Positions 10,601 to 28,500 of a stretch of 64,000 bases of DNA are shown one piece after another. Numbering within the stretch: the stretch's first letter is position 1; each line of letters begins with the position of its first letter. The DNA comes from Bugula neritina (lineage: Eukaryota > Animalia > Bryozoa). Made by a program: the position numbers and the translations under genes. The notes under the pieces are model-generated. The model was not told the DNA's origin and did not search any database. It worked only from the letters and a program-made list of their open reading frames with translations. Where the stretch lies: assembly GCA_964035545.1 (NCBI GenBank), contig OZ037767.1:18010259-18074258 (forward strand). Direction: 5' to 3'.

Positions 10601-13600
10601 ACATTGAAATATACTGCAACATACCGAAATATATGGTAAACTACTGAAATATGCTGTGACACATAGAAAAATACTGCAATATACTGAAATATACTCTAAC
10701 ACACTGAAATATACTGCGACATACTGAAAAACACTGTAGCATACTGAAACATACTGCAACATCCTGAAATACACTGCAACATACTACAACATACTGCAAC
10801 ATACTGAATTACAGTGTAACATATTGAAATACACTGCAATACATTGAAATATACTGCAACACACTGAAACATACTGCAGCATACTGAAATATACTGCAAC
10901 ATATCGAAGTGTATCGTAATATACGCACATGTACTGTAACATACTGAAACATAACGTAACATACTAAAATATACTGGAACATACCGGAACATACTGCAAC
11001 ATAATGAAATATACTGTACCACACTGAAATATACGGCAAAATACTGAAATATACTTCAACATACTGAAATATACTGCAACATACTGCAACACACGGAAGT
11101 TTGCTGTAACATGTTAAAATGCACGACAACATGCTGAAATACACTGAATCAAACCTAAATATATGGGAATATACTGAAATATACTGTACTACGTTGAAAA
11201 ACACTGCAACATATTGAATTATGCTGTAGCACAATGAAATACACTGCAACTCACTGAAATATAGTGTAATATGCCGAAATGTACTGTAACATACTGGAAT
11301 ATACTGTAACACACTGAAATATACTGCAACATACTGAAATACACTGTAACATTTTAAAATATACTGCAACATACTGAAACACACTGCAAAATACTACAAC
11401 ATACTGAAATACACTGCAACATACTGAAATATAGTGTGACACACTGAAATATACTGCAACATACTGAAATACACTGTAACATACTGAAATACACTGCAAC
11501 ATACTGAAATACACTGCTACATACTGAAATATACTGCAAGATACTGCAACATACTGAAATACAGTGTAACATACTGAAATACACTGCAACATGCTGCATT
11601 ATACTGACATACACTGGAACATATTGAAATACACTGCAACACATTGAAATATATTGCAACACACCGAAACATACGGCAACATATTGAAATATGCTGTAGC
11701 ATAATGAAATAGACTGCAACACACTGAAGTATACTGTAATATACAGAAATGTACTGTAACAAACTGAAACATACGTCAACATACTGAAATACACTGCCAC
11801 ATACTGAAATATACTGCAAAATACTGAAATATACTGCAACACACTACAACTCACTGAAATACACTGTAACATACTGAAATACACTGCAAAATACAACAAC
11901 ATACTGAAATACACTGTAACATATTGAAATACACTGCAACACATTGAAATATACTGCAACATACCGAAATATATGGTAAACTACTGAGATATACTGTAAC
12001 ACACAGAAAAATACTGCAATATACTGAAATATACTGTAACACACTGAAATATACTGCAACATATTGAAATACACTGTAACATAATGAAATATACTGCAAC
12101 ATACTGCAACATACTGCAACATACTGAAATACACTGTAACATACTGAAATACACTGCAACATACTACAACACAGTGAAATACACTGCAATATACTGAAAT
12201 ATACTGTGACACACTGAAAGAGATTGCAACATACTGAAATACACTGTAACATTCTGAAATACACTGCAACATACTGAAATACCCTGCTACATACTGAAAT
12301 ATACTGCAAGATACTGCAACATACTGAAATACAGTGTAACATACTGAAATACACTGCAACATACTGCATTATACTGACATACACTGGAACATATTGAAAT
12401 ACACTGCAACAAATTGAAGTATACTGCAACACACTGAAACATACGGCAACATACTCAAATATACTGCAACACATTGAAATATACTGCAACATACTGAAAT
12501 ATAATGCAAGATACTGCAACATACTGAAATACACTGTGCCAAACTGAGATACACTGCAACATACCGCAACATACTGCAACATACTGAAATACACTGTAAC
12601 ATATTGAAATACACTGCAACACATTGAAATATACTGCAACACACCGAAACATACGGCAACATAATGAAATATGCTGTAGCATACTGAAATACACTGCAAC
12701 ACACTGAAGTATACTGCAACATACTGAAATATACTGCAACACACTGCAACTTACTGAAATACACTGTAACATACTGAAATATACTGTAACATGTTGAAAT
12801 ACACTGCAACACATTGAAATATACTGCAACATACCGAAATATATGGTAAACTACTGAAATATGCTGTGACACATAGAAAAATACTGCAATATACTGAAAT
12901 ATACTCTAACACACTGAAATATACTGCGACATACTAAAAAACACTGTAACATACTGAAACATACTGCAACATCTTGAAATACACTGCAACATACTACAAC
13001 ATACTGCAACATACTGAATTACAGTGTAACATATTGAAATATACTGTAACTCACTGAAATATAGTGTAATCAACGGAAATGTACTGTAACATACTGAAAC
13101 ATACTGAAACATACTAAAATATACTGGAGCATACCGAAACGTACTGCAACATACTGAAATATACTGCGAGATACTGCAACATACTGAAATACACTGTAAC
13201 ATACTGAAATACACTGCAACATACTGCAACATACTGCAACATACTGAATTACAGTGTAACATATTGAAATACACTGCAATACATTGAAATATACTGCAAC
13301 ACACTGAAACATACTGCAGCATACTGAAATATACTGCAACATATCGAAGTGTATCGTAATATACGCACATGTACTGTAACATACTGAAACATAACGTAAC
13401 ATACTAAAATATACTGGAACATACCGGAACATACTGCAACATAATGAAATATACTGTACCACACTGAAATATACGGCAAAATACTGAAATATACTTCAAC
13501 ATACTGAAATATACTGCAACACACTGCAACTTACTGAAATACACTGTAACATACTGAAATACCCTGTAACATGTTGAAATACACAGCAACACATTGAAAT

Positions 13601-16600
13601 ATACTGCAACATACCGAAATATATGGTAAACTACTGAAATATGCTGTGACTCACAGAAAAATACTGCAATATACTGAAATATACTGTAACACACTGAAAT
13701 ATACTGCGACATACTGAAAAACACTGTAACATACTGAAACATACTGTAACATACTGAAATACACTGCAACATACTACAACATATTGAAATACACTGCAAC
13801 ACATTGAAATATACTGCAACATACCTAAATATATGGTAATATACTGAAATATACTGTAACATACTGAAATATACTGCAAGATACTGCAACATACTGAAAT
13901 GCACTTTAACATACTGATTTACACTGCAACATACTGACTTATACTGACATACACTGGAACATATTGAAAGACACTGCAACAAATTGAAGTGTGCTGCAAC
14001 ACACTGAAACATACGGCAACATGCTGAAATATACAGCGACACATTGAAATATACTGCAACACACTGCAATATACTGGAATATAATGCAAGATACTGAAAC
14101 ATACTGAAATACACTGTGACATACTGAGATACACTGCAACATACTGAACCATACTGAAATACACTGTAACTTATTGAAATACACTGCAACACATTGAAAT
14201 ATACTGCAACACACCGAAACATACGGCAACATACTGAAATATGATGTAGCATACTGAAATACACTGCAACACACTGAAGTATACTGTAATATACACAAAC
14301 GTACTGTAAAAAACTGAAACATACGTCAACATACTGAAATGTACTGCACCATACTGAAATACACTGTAATATACTGAATTACACTGCGACATACTGCAAC
14401 ATACTGAAATACGCTGTAACATATTGAAATACACTGCAACACATTGAAATATACTGTAACTCACTGAAATATAGTGTAATCAACGGAAATGTACTGTAAC
14501 ATACTGAAACATACTGAAACATACTAAAATATACTGGAGCATACCGAAACGTACTGCAACATACTGAAATATACTGCGAGATACTGCAACATACTGAAAT
14601 ACACTGTAACATACTGAAATACACTGCAACATACTACAACATACTGCAACATACTGCATTACAGTGTAACATATTGAAATACACTGCAATACATTGAAAT
14701 ATACTGCAACACACTGAAACATACTGCAGCATACTGAAATATACTGCAACATATCGAAGTGTATCGTAATATACGCACATGTACTGTAACATACTGAAAC
14801 ATAACGTAACATACTAAAATATACTGGAACATACCGGAACATACTGCAACATAATGAAATATACTGTACCACACTGAAATATACGGCAAAATACTGAAAT
14901 ATACTTCAACATACTGAAATATACTGCAACATACTGCAACACACGGAAGTTTGCTGTAACATGTTAAAATGCACGACAACATGCTGAAATACACTGCAAC
15001 AAACCTAAATATATGGGAATATACTGAAATATACTGTACTACGTTGAAAAACACTGCAACATATTGAATTATGCTGTAGCACAATGAAATACACTGCAAC
15101 TCACTGAAATATAGTGTAATATGCCGAAATGTACTGTAACATACTGGAATATACTGTAACACACTGAAATATACTGCAACATACTGAAATACACTGTAAC
15201 ATTTTAAAATATACTGCAACATACTGAAACACACTGCAAAATACTACAACATACTGAAATACACTGCAACATACTGAAATATACTGTGACACACTGAAAT
15301 ATACTGCAACATACTGAAATACACTGTACATACTGAAATACACTGCAACATACTGAAATACACTGCTACATACTGAAATATACTGCAAGATACCGCAACA
15401 TACTGAAATACAGTGTAACATACTGAAATACACTGCAACATGCTGCATTATACTGACATACACTGGAACATATTGAAATACACTGCAACACATTGAAATA
15501 TATTGCAACACACCGAAACATACGGCAACATATTGAAATATGCTGTAGCATACTGAAATACACTGCAACACACTGAAGTATACTGTAATATACAGAAATG
15601 TACTGTAACAAACTGAAACATACCTCAACATACTGAAATACACTGCCACATACTGAAGTATACTGCAAAATACTAAAATATACTGCAACACACTACAACT
15701 CACTGAAATACACTGTAACATACTGAAATACACTGCAAAATACAACAACATACTGAAATACACTGTAACATATTGAAATACACTGCAACACATTGAAATA
15801 TACTGCAACATACCGAAATATATGGTAAACTACTGAGATATACTGTAACACACAGAAAAATACTGCAATAAACTGAAATATACTGTAACACACTGAAATA
15901 TACTGCAACATACTGAAATACACTGTAACATACTGAGACACACTGCAACATACTGCAACATACTACAACATACTGCAACATACTGCAACATACTGAATTA
16001 CAGTGTAACATATTGAAATACACTGCAACAAATTGAAGTATACTGCAACACACTGAAGTTTACTGTAATATACAGAAATGTACTGTAACAAACTGAAACA
16101 TACGTCAACATACTGAAATACACTGCCACATACTGAAATATACTGCAACATACTGAAATTTACTGCAACATACACAGGAACATATTGAGATACACTGCAA
16201 CAAGTTGAAGTATACTGCAACACACTGAAACATACGGCAAAATGCTAAAATATACTGCGACACATTGAAATATACTGCAACATACTGCAATATACTGGAA
16301 TAAAATGCAAGATACTGCAACATACTGAAATACACTGTGACATACTGAGATACACTGCAACATACTGCAACATACTGCAACATACTGAAATACACTGTAA
16401 CATATTGAAATACACTGCAATACATTGAAATATACTGCAACACACTGAAACATACTGCAACATACTGAAATTTGACGCAACATATCGAAGTATATCGTAA
16501 TATACGGACATGTACTGTAACATACTGAAACATACTGAAACAAACTAAAACATACTGGAACATACCGAAACATACTGCAACATAATGAAATATACTGTAC

Positions 16601-18950
16601 CACGATATGTACTGTAACATATTGGAATATACTGTAACACACTGAAATATACAGCAACATATTGAAATACACTGTACCATAATGAAATATACTGCAACAT
16701 ACTGCAACATACTGCAACATACTGCAACATACTGAAATACACTGTAACATACTGGAATACACTGCAACATACTACAACATAGTGAAATACACTGCAACAT
16801 ACTGAAATATACTGTGACACACTGAAAGAGACTGCAAAATACTGAAATACACTGTAACATACTGAAATAGACTGCAACATACTGAAATACCCTGCTACAT
16901 ACTGAAATATACTGCAAGATACTACAACATATTGAAATACACTGCAACACATTGAAACATACTGCAACATTTCTAAATATATGGTAATATACTGAAATAT
17001 ACTGTAACATACTGAAATATACTGTAATATAATGCAAGATACTGCAACATACTGAAATACACTGCAACACACTGAAGTATACTGTAATATACACAAATGT
17101 ACTGTAACAAACTGAAACATAGGTCAACATACTGAAATGTACTGCACCATATTGAAATACACTGTAATATACTGAATTACACTGCAACATACTGCAACAT
17201 ACTGAAATACGCTGTAACATATTGAAATACACTGCAACACATTGAAATATACTGTAACTCATTGAAATATAGTGTAATCAACGGAAATGTACTGTAACAT
17301 ACTGAAACATACTGAAACACACTAAAATATACTGGAGCATATCGAAACGTACTGCAACATACTGAAATATACTGCGAGATACTGCAACATACTGAATTAC
17401 AATGTAACATACTGAAATACACTGCAACAAACCTAAATATATGGGAATATACTGAAATATACTGTACTACGTTGAAAAACACTGCAACACATTGAAATAT
17501 ACTGCAACATACCGAAATATATGGTAAACTACTGAAATATGCTGTGACACATAGAAAAATACTGCAATATACTGAAATATACTCTAACACACTGAAATAT
17601 ACTGCGACATACTGAAAAACACTGTAACATACTGAAACATACTGCAACATCCTGAAATACACTGCAACATACTACAACATACTGCAACATACTGAATTAC
17701 AGTGTAACATATTGAAATACACTGCGATACATTGAAATATACTGCAACACACTGAAACATACTGCAGCATACTGAAATATACTGCAACATATCGAAGTGT
17801 ATCGTAATATACGCACATGTACTGTAACATACTGAAACATAACGTAACATACTAAAATATACTGGAACATACCGGAACATACTGCAACATAATGAAATAT
17901 ACTGTACCACACTGAAATATACGGCAAAATACTGAAATATACTTCAACATACTGAAATATACTGCAACATACTGCAACACACGGAAGTTTGCTGTAACAT
18001 GTTAAAATGCACGACAACATGCTGAAATACACTGCAACAAACCTAAATATATGGGAATATACTGAAATATACTGTACTACGTTGAAAAACACTGCAACAT
18101 ATTGAAATATGCTGTAGCACAATGAAATACACTGCAACTCACTGAAATATAGTGTAATATGCCGAAATGTACTGTAACATACTGGAATATACTGTAACAC
18201 ACTGAAATATACTGCAACATACTGAAATACACTGTAACATTTTAAAATATACTGCAACATACTGAAACACACTGCAAAATACTACAACATACTGAAATAC
18301 ACTGCAACATACTGAAATATACTGTGACACACTGAAATATACTGCAACATACTGAAATACACTGTAACATACTGAAATACACTGCAACATACTGAAATAC
18401 ACTGCTACATACTGAAATATACTGCAAGATACTGCAACATACTGAAATACAGTGTAACATACTGAAATACACTGCAACATGCTGCATTATACTGACATAC
18501 ACTGGAACATATTGAAATACACTGCAACACATTGAAATATACTGCAACACACCGAAACATACGGCAACATATTGAAATATGCTGTAGCATACTGAAATAC
18601 ACTGCAACACACTGAAGTACACTGTAATATACAGAAATGTACTGTAACAAACTGAAACATACGTCAACATACTGAAATACACTGCCACATACTGAAATAT
18701 ACTGCAAAATACTGAAATATACTGCAACACACTACAACTTACTGAAATACACTGTAACATACTGAAATACACTGCAAAATACTACAACATACTGAAATAC
18801 ACTGTAACATATTGAAATACACTGCAACACATTGAAATATACTGCAACATACCCAAATATATGGTAAACTACTGAGATATACTGTAACACACAGAAAAAT
18901 ACTGCAATATACTGAAATATACTGTAACACACTGAAATATACTGCAACAT
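4640..18950. repeat. Mosaic segmental duplications: ~4640-6505 copied at ~12770-14634 (offset 8129); ~7750-12060 at ~14620-18950 (6868-6888); ~6780-7520 at ~12040-12780 (5259); ~7570-9040 at ~10590-12060 (3019)
   Basis: Near-identical ORF-track translations at fixed offsets (4777/12906, 5275/13404, 9272/16160, 10696/17584, 7110/12369, 7677/10696), with spot checks of the sequence. Boundaries are approximate. Confidence 0.75.
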
Positions 18951-19049
18951 ACTGAAATACACTGTAACATACTGAAACACACTGCAACATACTGCAACAT
19001 ACTACAACATACTGCAACATACTGCAACATACTGAATTACAGTGTAACA

Positions 19050-21943
19050 TATTGAAATACACTGCAACAAATTGAAGTATACTGCAACACACTGAAGTTT
19101 ACTGTAATATACAGAAATGTACTGTAACAAACTGAAACATATGTCAACATATTGAAATACACTGCCACATACTGAAATATAGTGCACCATACTGAAATTT
19201 ACTGCAACATACTGAAATACACTGCCACATACTGAAATACACTGCAACATACTGACTTATACTGACATACACTGGAACATATTGAAATACACTCCAACAA
19301 ATTGAAGTATACTGCAACACACTGAAACAGACGTGAACATGCTGAAATATACAGCGAAACATTGAAGTATACTGTAACATACTGCAATATACTGAAATAT
19401 AATGCAAGATACTGCAACATACTGAAATACACAGTGACATACTGAGATACACTGCAACATACTGCAACATACTGAAACACGCTGTAACTTATTGAAATAC
19501 ACTGCAACACATTGAAATATACTGCAACACACCGAAACATACGGCAACATACTGAAATATGATGTAGCATACTGAAATACACCGCAACACACTGAAGTAT
19601 ACTGTAATATACAGAAATGTACTGTAACAAACTGAAACATACGTCAACATACTGAAATTTGCTGTAACATATTGAAACACACTGCAGCACATTGAAATAT
19701 ACTGTAACTCACTGAAATATAGTGTAATCAACGGAAATGTACTGTAACATACTGAAACATACTGAAACATACTAAAATATACTGGAGCATACCGAAACGT
19801 ACTGCAACATACTGAAATATACTGCGAGATACTGCAACATACTGAAATACACTGTAACATACTGAAATACACTGCAACATACTGCAACATACTACAACAT
19901 ACTGCAACATACTGCAACATACTGAATTACAGTGTAACATATTGAAATACACTGCAATACATTGAAGTATACTGCAACACACTGAAACATAATGCAACAT
20001 ACGGAAATATACTGCAACATATCAAAGTGTATCGTAGTGTACGGACATGTACTGTAACATACTGAAACATACTGAAACATACTAAATAATACTGAAACAT
20101 TCCGGAACATACTGCAACATAATGAATTATACTGTACCACACTGAAATATATGGCAAAATACTGAAATACACTGCAACAAATTGAAGTATACTGCAACAC
20201 ACTGAAGTTTACTGTAATATACAGAAATGTACTGTAACAAACTGAAACATACGTCAACATACTGAAATACACTGCCACATACTGAAATATACTGCAACAT
20301 ACTGAAATTTACTGCAACATACTGAAATACACTGCCACATACTGAAATACACTGCAACATACTACAACATTTTGAAATACACTGCAACACATTGAAATAT
20401 ACTGCAACATACCTAAATATACGGTAATATACTGAAATATACTGTAACATACTGAAATATACTGCAAGATACTGCAACATACTGAAATGCACTTTAACAT
20501 ACTGAAATACACTGCAACATACTGACTTATAGCCTACTGACATACACTGGATCATATTGAAATACACTGCAACAAATTGAAGTATACTGTAATATACAGA
20601 AATGTACTGTAACAAACTGAAACATACGTCAACATACTGAAAGACACTGCCACATACTGAAATATACTGCAAATAACTGAAATATACTGCAACATACTAA
20701 AATACACTGCTACATACTGAAATACACTGTAACATATTGAAATACACTGCAACACATTGAAATATACTGCAACACACCGAAACACACGGCAACATACTGA
20801 AATATGCTCTAGCATACTGAAATACACTGCAACAAATTGAAGTATACTGCAACACACTGAAGTTTACTGTAATATACAGAAATGTACTGTAACAAACTGA
20901 AACATACGTCAACATACTGAAATACACTGCCACATACTGAAATATACTGCAACATACTGAAATTTACTGCAACATACTGAAATACACTGCCACATACTGA
21001 AATACACTGCAACATACTGACTTATACTGACATACACTGGAACATATTGAAATACACTGCAACAAATTGAAGTATACTGCAACACACTGAAACAGACGTG
21101 AACATGCTGAAATATACAGCGAAACATTGAAGTATACTGTAACATACTGCAATATACTGAAATATAATGCAAGATACTGCAACATACTGAAATACACAGT
21201 GACATACTGAGATACACTGCAACATACTGCAACATACTGAAATACGCTGTAACTTATTGAAATACACTGCAACACATTGAAATATACTGCAACACACCGA
21301 AACATACGGCAACATACTGAAATATGATGTAGCATACTGAAATACACCGCAACACACTGAAGTATACTGTAATATACAGAAATGTACTGTAACAAACTGA
21401 AACATACGTCAACATACTGAAATTTGCTGTAACATATTGAAACACACTGCAACACATTGAAATATACTGTAACTCACTGAAATATAGTGTAATCAACAAA
21501 AATGTACTGTAACATACTGAAACATACTGAAACATACTAAAATATACTGGAGCATACCGAAACGTACTGCAACATACTGAAATATACTGCGAGATACTGC
21601 AACATACTGAAATACACTGTAACATACTGAAATACACTGCAACATACTGCAACATACTACAACATACTGCAACATACTGCAACATACTGAATTACAGTGT
21701 AACATATTGAAATACACTGCAATACATTGAAATATACTGCAACACACTGAAACATACTGCAACATACGGAAATATACTGCAACATATCAAAGTGTATCGT
21801 AGTGTACGGACATGTACTGTAACATACTGAAACCTACTGAAACATACTAAATAATACTGAAACATACCGGAATATACTGCAACATAATGAATTATACTGT
21901 ACCACACTGAAATATATGGCAAAATACTGAAATACACTGCAAC
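19050..21943. repeat. 1,765-bp-offset duplication (~19050-20178 versus ~20815-21943)
   Basis: ORF pairs 19144/20909, 19257/21022, 19489/21254, 19728/21493. Confidence 0.8.
20530..20536. other. TA-GCC-TA 5-bp insertion, putative DNA-transposon excision footprint (also at 22805, 36336, 38327, 43536, 48218, 53497)
   Basis: Uninterrupted allele GACTTA-TA-CTGAC (e.g. ~19254, ~21019, ~58317) versus GACTTA-TA-GCC-TA-CTGAC. Confidence 0.65.
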
Positions 21944-24900
21944 ATACTGCATTATACTGACATACACTGGAACATATTGAAATACACTGCAACAAATTGA
22001 AGTATACTGCAACACACTGAAACATACGGCAATATACTCAAATATACTGCAACACATTAAAATATACTGCAACATACTGAAATATAATGCAAGACACTGC
22101 AACATACTGAATTACACTGTGACATACTGAGACACACAGCAACATACTGCAACATACTGAAATACACTGTAACATATTGAAAGACACTGCAACACATTGA
22201 AATATACTGCAACACACCGAAACGTACGGCAACATATTGAAATATGCTGTAGCATACTGAAATACACTGCAACACACTGAAGTATACTGTAATATACATA
22301 AATGTACTGTAACAAACTGAAATATACTGCAACATACTGAAATATACTGCAACACACTGCAACTTACTGAAATACACTGTAACATACTGAAATACACTGC
22401 AAAATACTACAACATACTGAAATACACTGTAACACATTGAAATACACTGCAACACATTGATATATACTGCAACATACCGAAATATATGGTAAACTACTGA
22501 AATATACTGTAAAACATAGAAAAATACTGCAATATACTGAAATATACTGTAACACACTGAAATATACAGCAACATACTGAAATACACTGTAACATACTGA
22601 AACATACTGCAACATACTGAAATACACTGCAACATACTACAACATTTTGAAATACACTGCAACACATTGAAATATACTGCAACATACCTAAATATACGGT
22701 AATATACTGAAATATACTGTAACATACTGAAATATACTGCAAGATACTGCAACATACTGAAATGCACTTTAACGTACTGAAATACACTGCAACATACTGA
22801 CTTATAGCCTACTGACATACACTGGAACATATTGAAATACACTGCAACAAATTGAAGTATACTGCAACACACTGAAGTATACTGTAATATACAGAAATGT
22901 ACTGTAACAAACTGAAACATACGTCAACATACTGAAAGACACTGCCACATACTGAAATATACTGCAAATAACTGAAATATACTGCAACATACTAAAATAC
23001 ACTGCTACATACTGAAATACACTGTAACATATTGAAATACACTGCAACACATTGAAATATACTGCAACACACCGAAACACACGGCAACATACTGAAATAT
23101 GCTCTAGCATACTGAAATACAATGCAACACACTGAAGTATACTGTAAGATACTGAAATAAACTGCCACATACTGAAATATACTGCAACATTCTGAAATAT
23201 ACCGCAACATACTGAAATACACTGCTACATACTGAAATTTACTGCAACATGCTGCAACATACTGAAATACACTGTAATATACTGAGTTACACTGCAACAT
23301 AATGCAGCATACTGAAATACGCTGTAACATATTGAAACACACTGCAACACATTGAAATATACTGTAACTCACTGAAATATAGTGTAATAAACGGAAATGT
23401 ACTGTAACATACTGAAACATACTGAAACATACTAAAATATACTGGAGCATACCGAGACGTACTGCAACATACTGAAATATACTGCGAGATACTGCAACAT
23501 ACTGAAATACACTGTAACATACTGAAATACACTGCAACATACTGCAACATACTGCAACATACTGAAATACGGTGTAACATATTGAAATTCACTGCAATAC
23601 ATTGAAATATACTGCAACACACTGAATCATACTGCAACATACTGAAATATACCGCAACATATCGAAGTATATCGTAATATACGGACATGTACTGTAACAT
23701 ACCGAAACATACTGAAACATACTAAAATATACTGGAACATACCGAAATATACTGTAACATAATGAAATATACTGTACCACGAAATGTACTGTAACATACT
23801 GGAATATACTGTAACACACTGAAATATACTGCAACATAGTGAAATACACTGTAACATAATGAAATATACTGCAACATACTGCAACATACTGCAACATACT
23901 GAAATACACTGTAACATACTGAAATACACTGCAACATACTACAACATAGTGAAATACACTGCAACATACTGAGATATACTGTAACACACTGCAACTTACT
24001 GAAATACACTGTAACATACTGAAATACACTGTAACATGTTGATATACACAGCAACACATTGAAATATACTGCAACATACCTAAATATATGGTAATATACT
24101 GAAATATACTGTAACATACTGAAATATACTGCAAGATACTGCAACATACTGAAATCCACTTTAACATACTGATTTACACTGCAACATACTGACTTATACT
24201 GACATACACTGGAACATATTGAAAGACACTGCAACAAATTGAAGTGTGCTGCAACACACTGAAACATACGGCAACATGCTGAAATATACAGCGACACATT
24301 GAAATATACTGCAACACACTGCAATATACTGAAATATAATGCAAGATACTGCAACATACTGAAATACACTGTGACATACTGAGAGACACTGCAACATACT
24401 GAACCATACTGAATAACACTGTAACTTATTGAAATACACTGCAACACATTGAAATATACTGCAACACACCGAAACATACGGCAACATACTGAAATATGAT
24501 GTAGCATACAGAAATACACTGCAACACACTGAAGTATACTGTAATATACACAAACGTACTGTAACAAACTGAAACATACGTCAACATACTGAAATGTACT
24601 GCACCATACTGAAATACACTGTAATATACTGAATTACACTGCGACATACTGCAACATACTGAAATACGCTGTAACATATTGAAATACACTGCAACACATT
24701 GAAATATACTGTAACTCACTGAAATATAGTGTAATCAACGGAAACGTACTGTAACATACTGAAACATACTGAAACATACTAAAATATACTGGAGCATACC
24801 GAAACGTACTGCAACATACTGAAATATACTGCGAGATACTGCAACATACTGAAATACACTGTAACATACTGAAATACACTGCAACATACTGCAACATACT

Positions 24901-25560
24901 GCAACATACTGAATTACAGTGTAACATATTGAAACACACTGCAATACATTGAAATATACTGCAACACACTGAAACATACTGCAACATACTGAAATATACT
25001 GCAACATATCGAACTGTATCGTAATATACGGACATGTACTGTAACATGCTGAAACGTACCGAAACATACTAAAATATACTGGAACATACCTGAACATACT
25101 GCAACATAATGAAATATACTGTACCAAACCGAAACATACGGCAAAATACTGGAATATACTGTAACACACTGAAATATACTGCAACATATTGAAATACACT
25201 GTAACATAATGAAATATACTGCAACATACTGCAACATACTGCTACATACTGAAATACACTGTAACATACTGAATCACACTGCAACATACTACAACATAGT
25301 GAAATACAATGCAATATACTGAAATATACTGTGACACACTGAAAGGGATTGCAACATACTGAAATACACTGTAACATACTGAAATGAACTGCAACATACT
25401 GAAATACCCTGCTACATACTGAAATATACTGCAAGATACTGCAACATACTGAAATACAGTGTAACATACTGAAATACACTACAACATACTGCATTATACT
25501 GACATACACTGGAACATATTGAAATACACTGCAACAAATTGAAGTATACTGCAACACACT

Positions 25561-28500
25561 AAAAACATACGGCAACATACTCAAGTATACTGCAAAACAT
25601 TGAAATATACTGCAACATACTGAAATATAATGCAAGATACTGCAACATAGTGAAATACACTGTGCCAAACTGAGATACACTGCAACATACCGCAACATAC
25701 TGCAACATACTGAAATACACTGTAACATATTGAAATACACTGCAACACATTGAAATATACTGCAACACACCGAAACATACGGCAACATGATGAAATATGC
25801 TGTAGCATACTGAAATACACTGCAACACACTGAAATATACTGCAACATACTGAAATATACTGCAACACACTGCAACTTACTGAAATACACTGTAACATAC
25901 TGAAATATACTGCAGAATACTGCAACATACTGAAATACACTGTAACATGTTGAAATACACTGCAACACGTCGAAATATACTGCAACATACCGAAATATAT
26001 GGTAAACTACTGAAATATGCTGTGACACATAGAAAAATACTGCAATATGCTGAAATATACTCTAACACACTGAAATATACTGCGACATACTGAAAAACAC
26101 TGTAACATACTGAAACATACTGCAACATCCTGAAATACACTGCAACATACTGCAACATTTTGAAATATGCTGCAACACATTGAAATATACTGCAACATAC
26201 CTAAATATATGGTAATATACTGAAATATACTGTAACATACTGAAATATACTGCAAGATACTGCAACATATTGAAATGCACTTTAACATACTGAAATACAC
26301 TGCAACATACTGACTTATATTGACATACGCTGTAACATATTGAAATACACTGCAACACATTGAAATATACTCTAACTCACTGAAATATAGTGTAATATAC
26401 GGAAATGTACTGTGACATACTGGAATATACTGTAACACAATGAAATATACTTCAACATACTGAAATACGCTGTAACATACTGAAATATACTGCAACCTAC
26501 AGCAACATACTGAAATATACTGTAACTAACTGAAATATATGGTAAACTACTGAAATATACTGTAACACATTGAAAAATACTGCAACACATTGAAATATAC
26601 TGCAACACACCGAAACATACGGCATCATACTGAAATATGATGTAGCATACTGAAATACACTGCAACACACTGAAGTATACTGTAATATACACAAATGTAC
26701 TGTAACAAACTGAAACATACGTCAACATACTGAAATGTACTGCACCATACTGAAATACACTGTAAGATACTGAATTACACTGCGACATACTGCAACATAC
26801 TGAAATACGCTGTAACATATTGAAATACACTGCAACACATTGAAATATACCGTAACTCACTAAAATATAGTGTTATCAACGGAAATGTACTGTAACATAC
26901 TGAAACATACTGAAACATACTAAAATAAACTGGAGCATACCGAAACGTACTGCAACGTCCTGAAATAAACTGCGAGATACTGCAACATACTGAAATACAC
27001 TGTCACATACTGAAATACACTGCAACATACTGCAACATACTGCAACATACTGAATTAAGGTGTAACATATTGAAACACACTGCAATACATTGAAATATAC
27101 TGCAACACACTGAAACATACTGCGACATACTGAAATATACTGCAACATATCGAACTGTATCGTAATATACGGACATGTACTGTAACATACTGAAACATAC
27201 CGAAACATACTAAATTATACTGGAACATATCGGAACATACTGCTACATAATGAAATATACTGTACCAAACTGAAATATACGGCAAAATACTGGAATATAC
27301 TGTAACACACTGAAATATACTGCAACATATTGAAATACACTGTAACATAATGAAATATACTGCAACATACTGCAACATACTGCAACATACTGAAATACAC
27401 TGTAACATACTGAAATACACTGCAACATACTACAACATAGTGAAATACACTGCAACATACTGAAATATACTGTGACACACTGAAAGAGATTGCAACATAC
27501 TGAAATACACTGTAACATACTGAAATACACTGCAACATACTGAAATACCCTGCTACATACTGAAATATACTGCAAGATACTGCAACATACTGAAATACAG
27601 TGTAACATACTGAAATACACTGCAACATACTGCATTATACTGACATACACTGGAACATATTGAAATACACTGCAACAAATTGAAGTATACTGCAACACAC
27701 TGAAACATACGGCAACATACTCAAGTATACTGCAAAACATTGAAATATACTGCAACATACTGAAATATAATGCAAGATACTGCAACATAGTGAAATACAC
27801 TGTGCCAAACTGAGATACACTGCAACATACCGCAACATACTGCAACATACTGAAATACACTGTAACATATTGAAATACACTGCAACACATTGAAATATAC
27901 TGCAACACACCGAAACATACGGCAACATAATGAAATATGCTGTAGCATACTGAAATACACTGCAACACACTGAAATACACTGCAACATACTGAAATATAC
28001 TGCAACACACTGCAACTTACTGAAATACACTGTAACATACTGAAATATACTGCAGAATACTACAACATACTGAAATACACTGTAACATGTTGAAATACAC
28101 TGCAACACGTCGAAATATACTGCAACATACCGAAATATATGGTAAACTACTGAAATATGCTGTGACACATAGAAAAATACTGCAATATGCTGAAATATAC
28201 TCTAACACACTGAAATATACTGCGACATACTGAAAAACACTGTAACATACTGAAACATACTGCAACATCCTGAAATACACTGCAACATACTGCAACATTT
28301 TGAAATATGCTGCAACACATTGAAATATACTGCAACATAACTAAATATATGGTAATATACTGAAATATACTGTAACATACTGAAATATACTGCAAGATAC
28401 TGCAACATATTGAAATGCACTTTAACATACTGAAATACACTGCAACATACTGACTTATACTGACATACGCTGTAACATATTGAAATACACTGCAACACAT

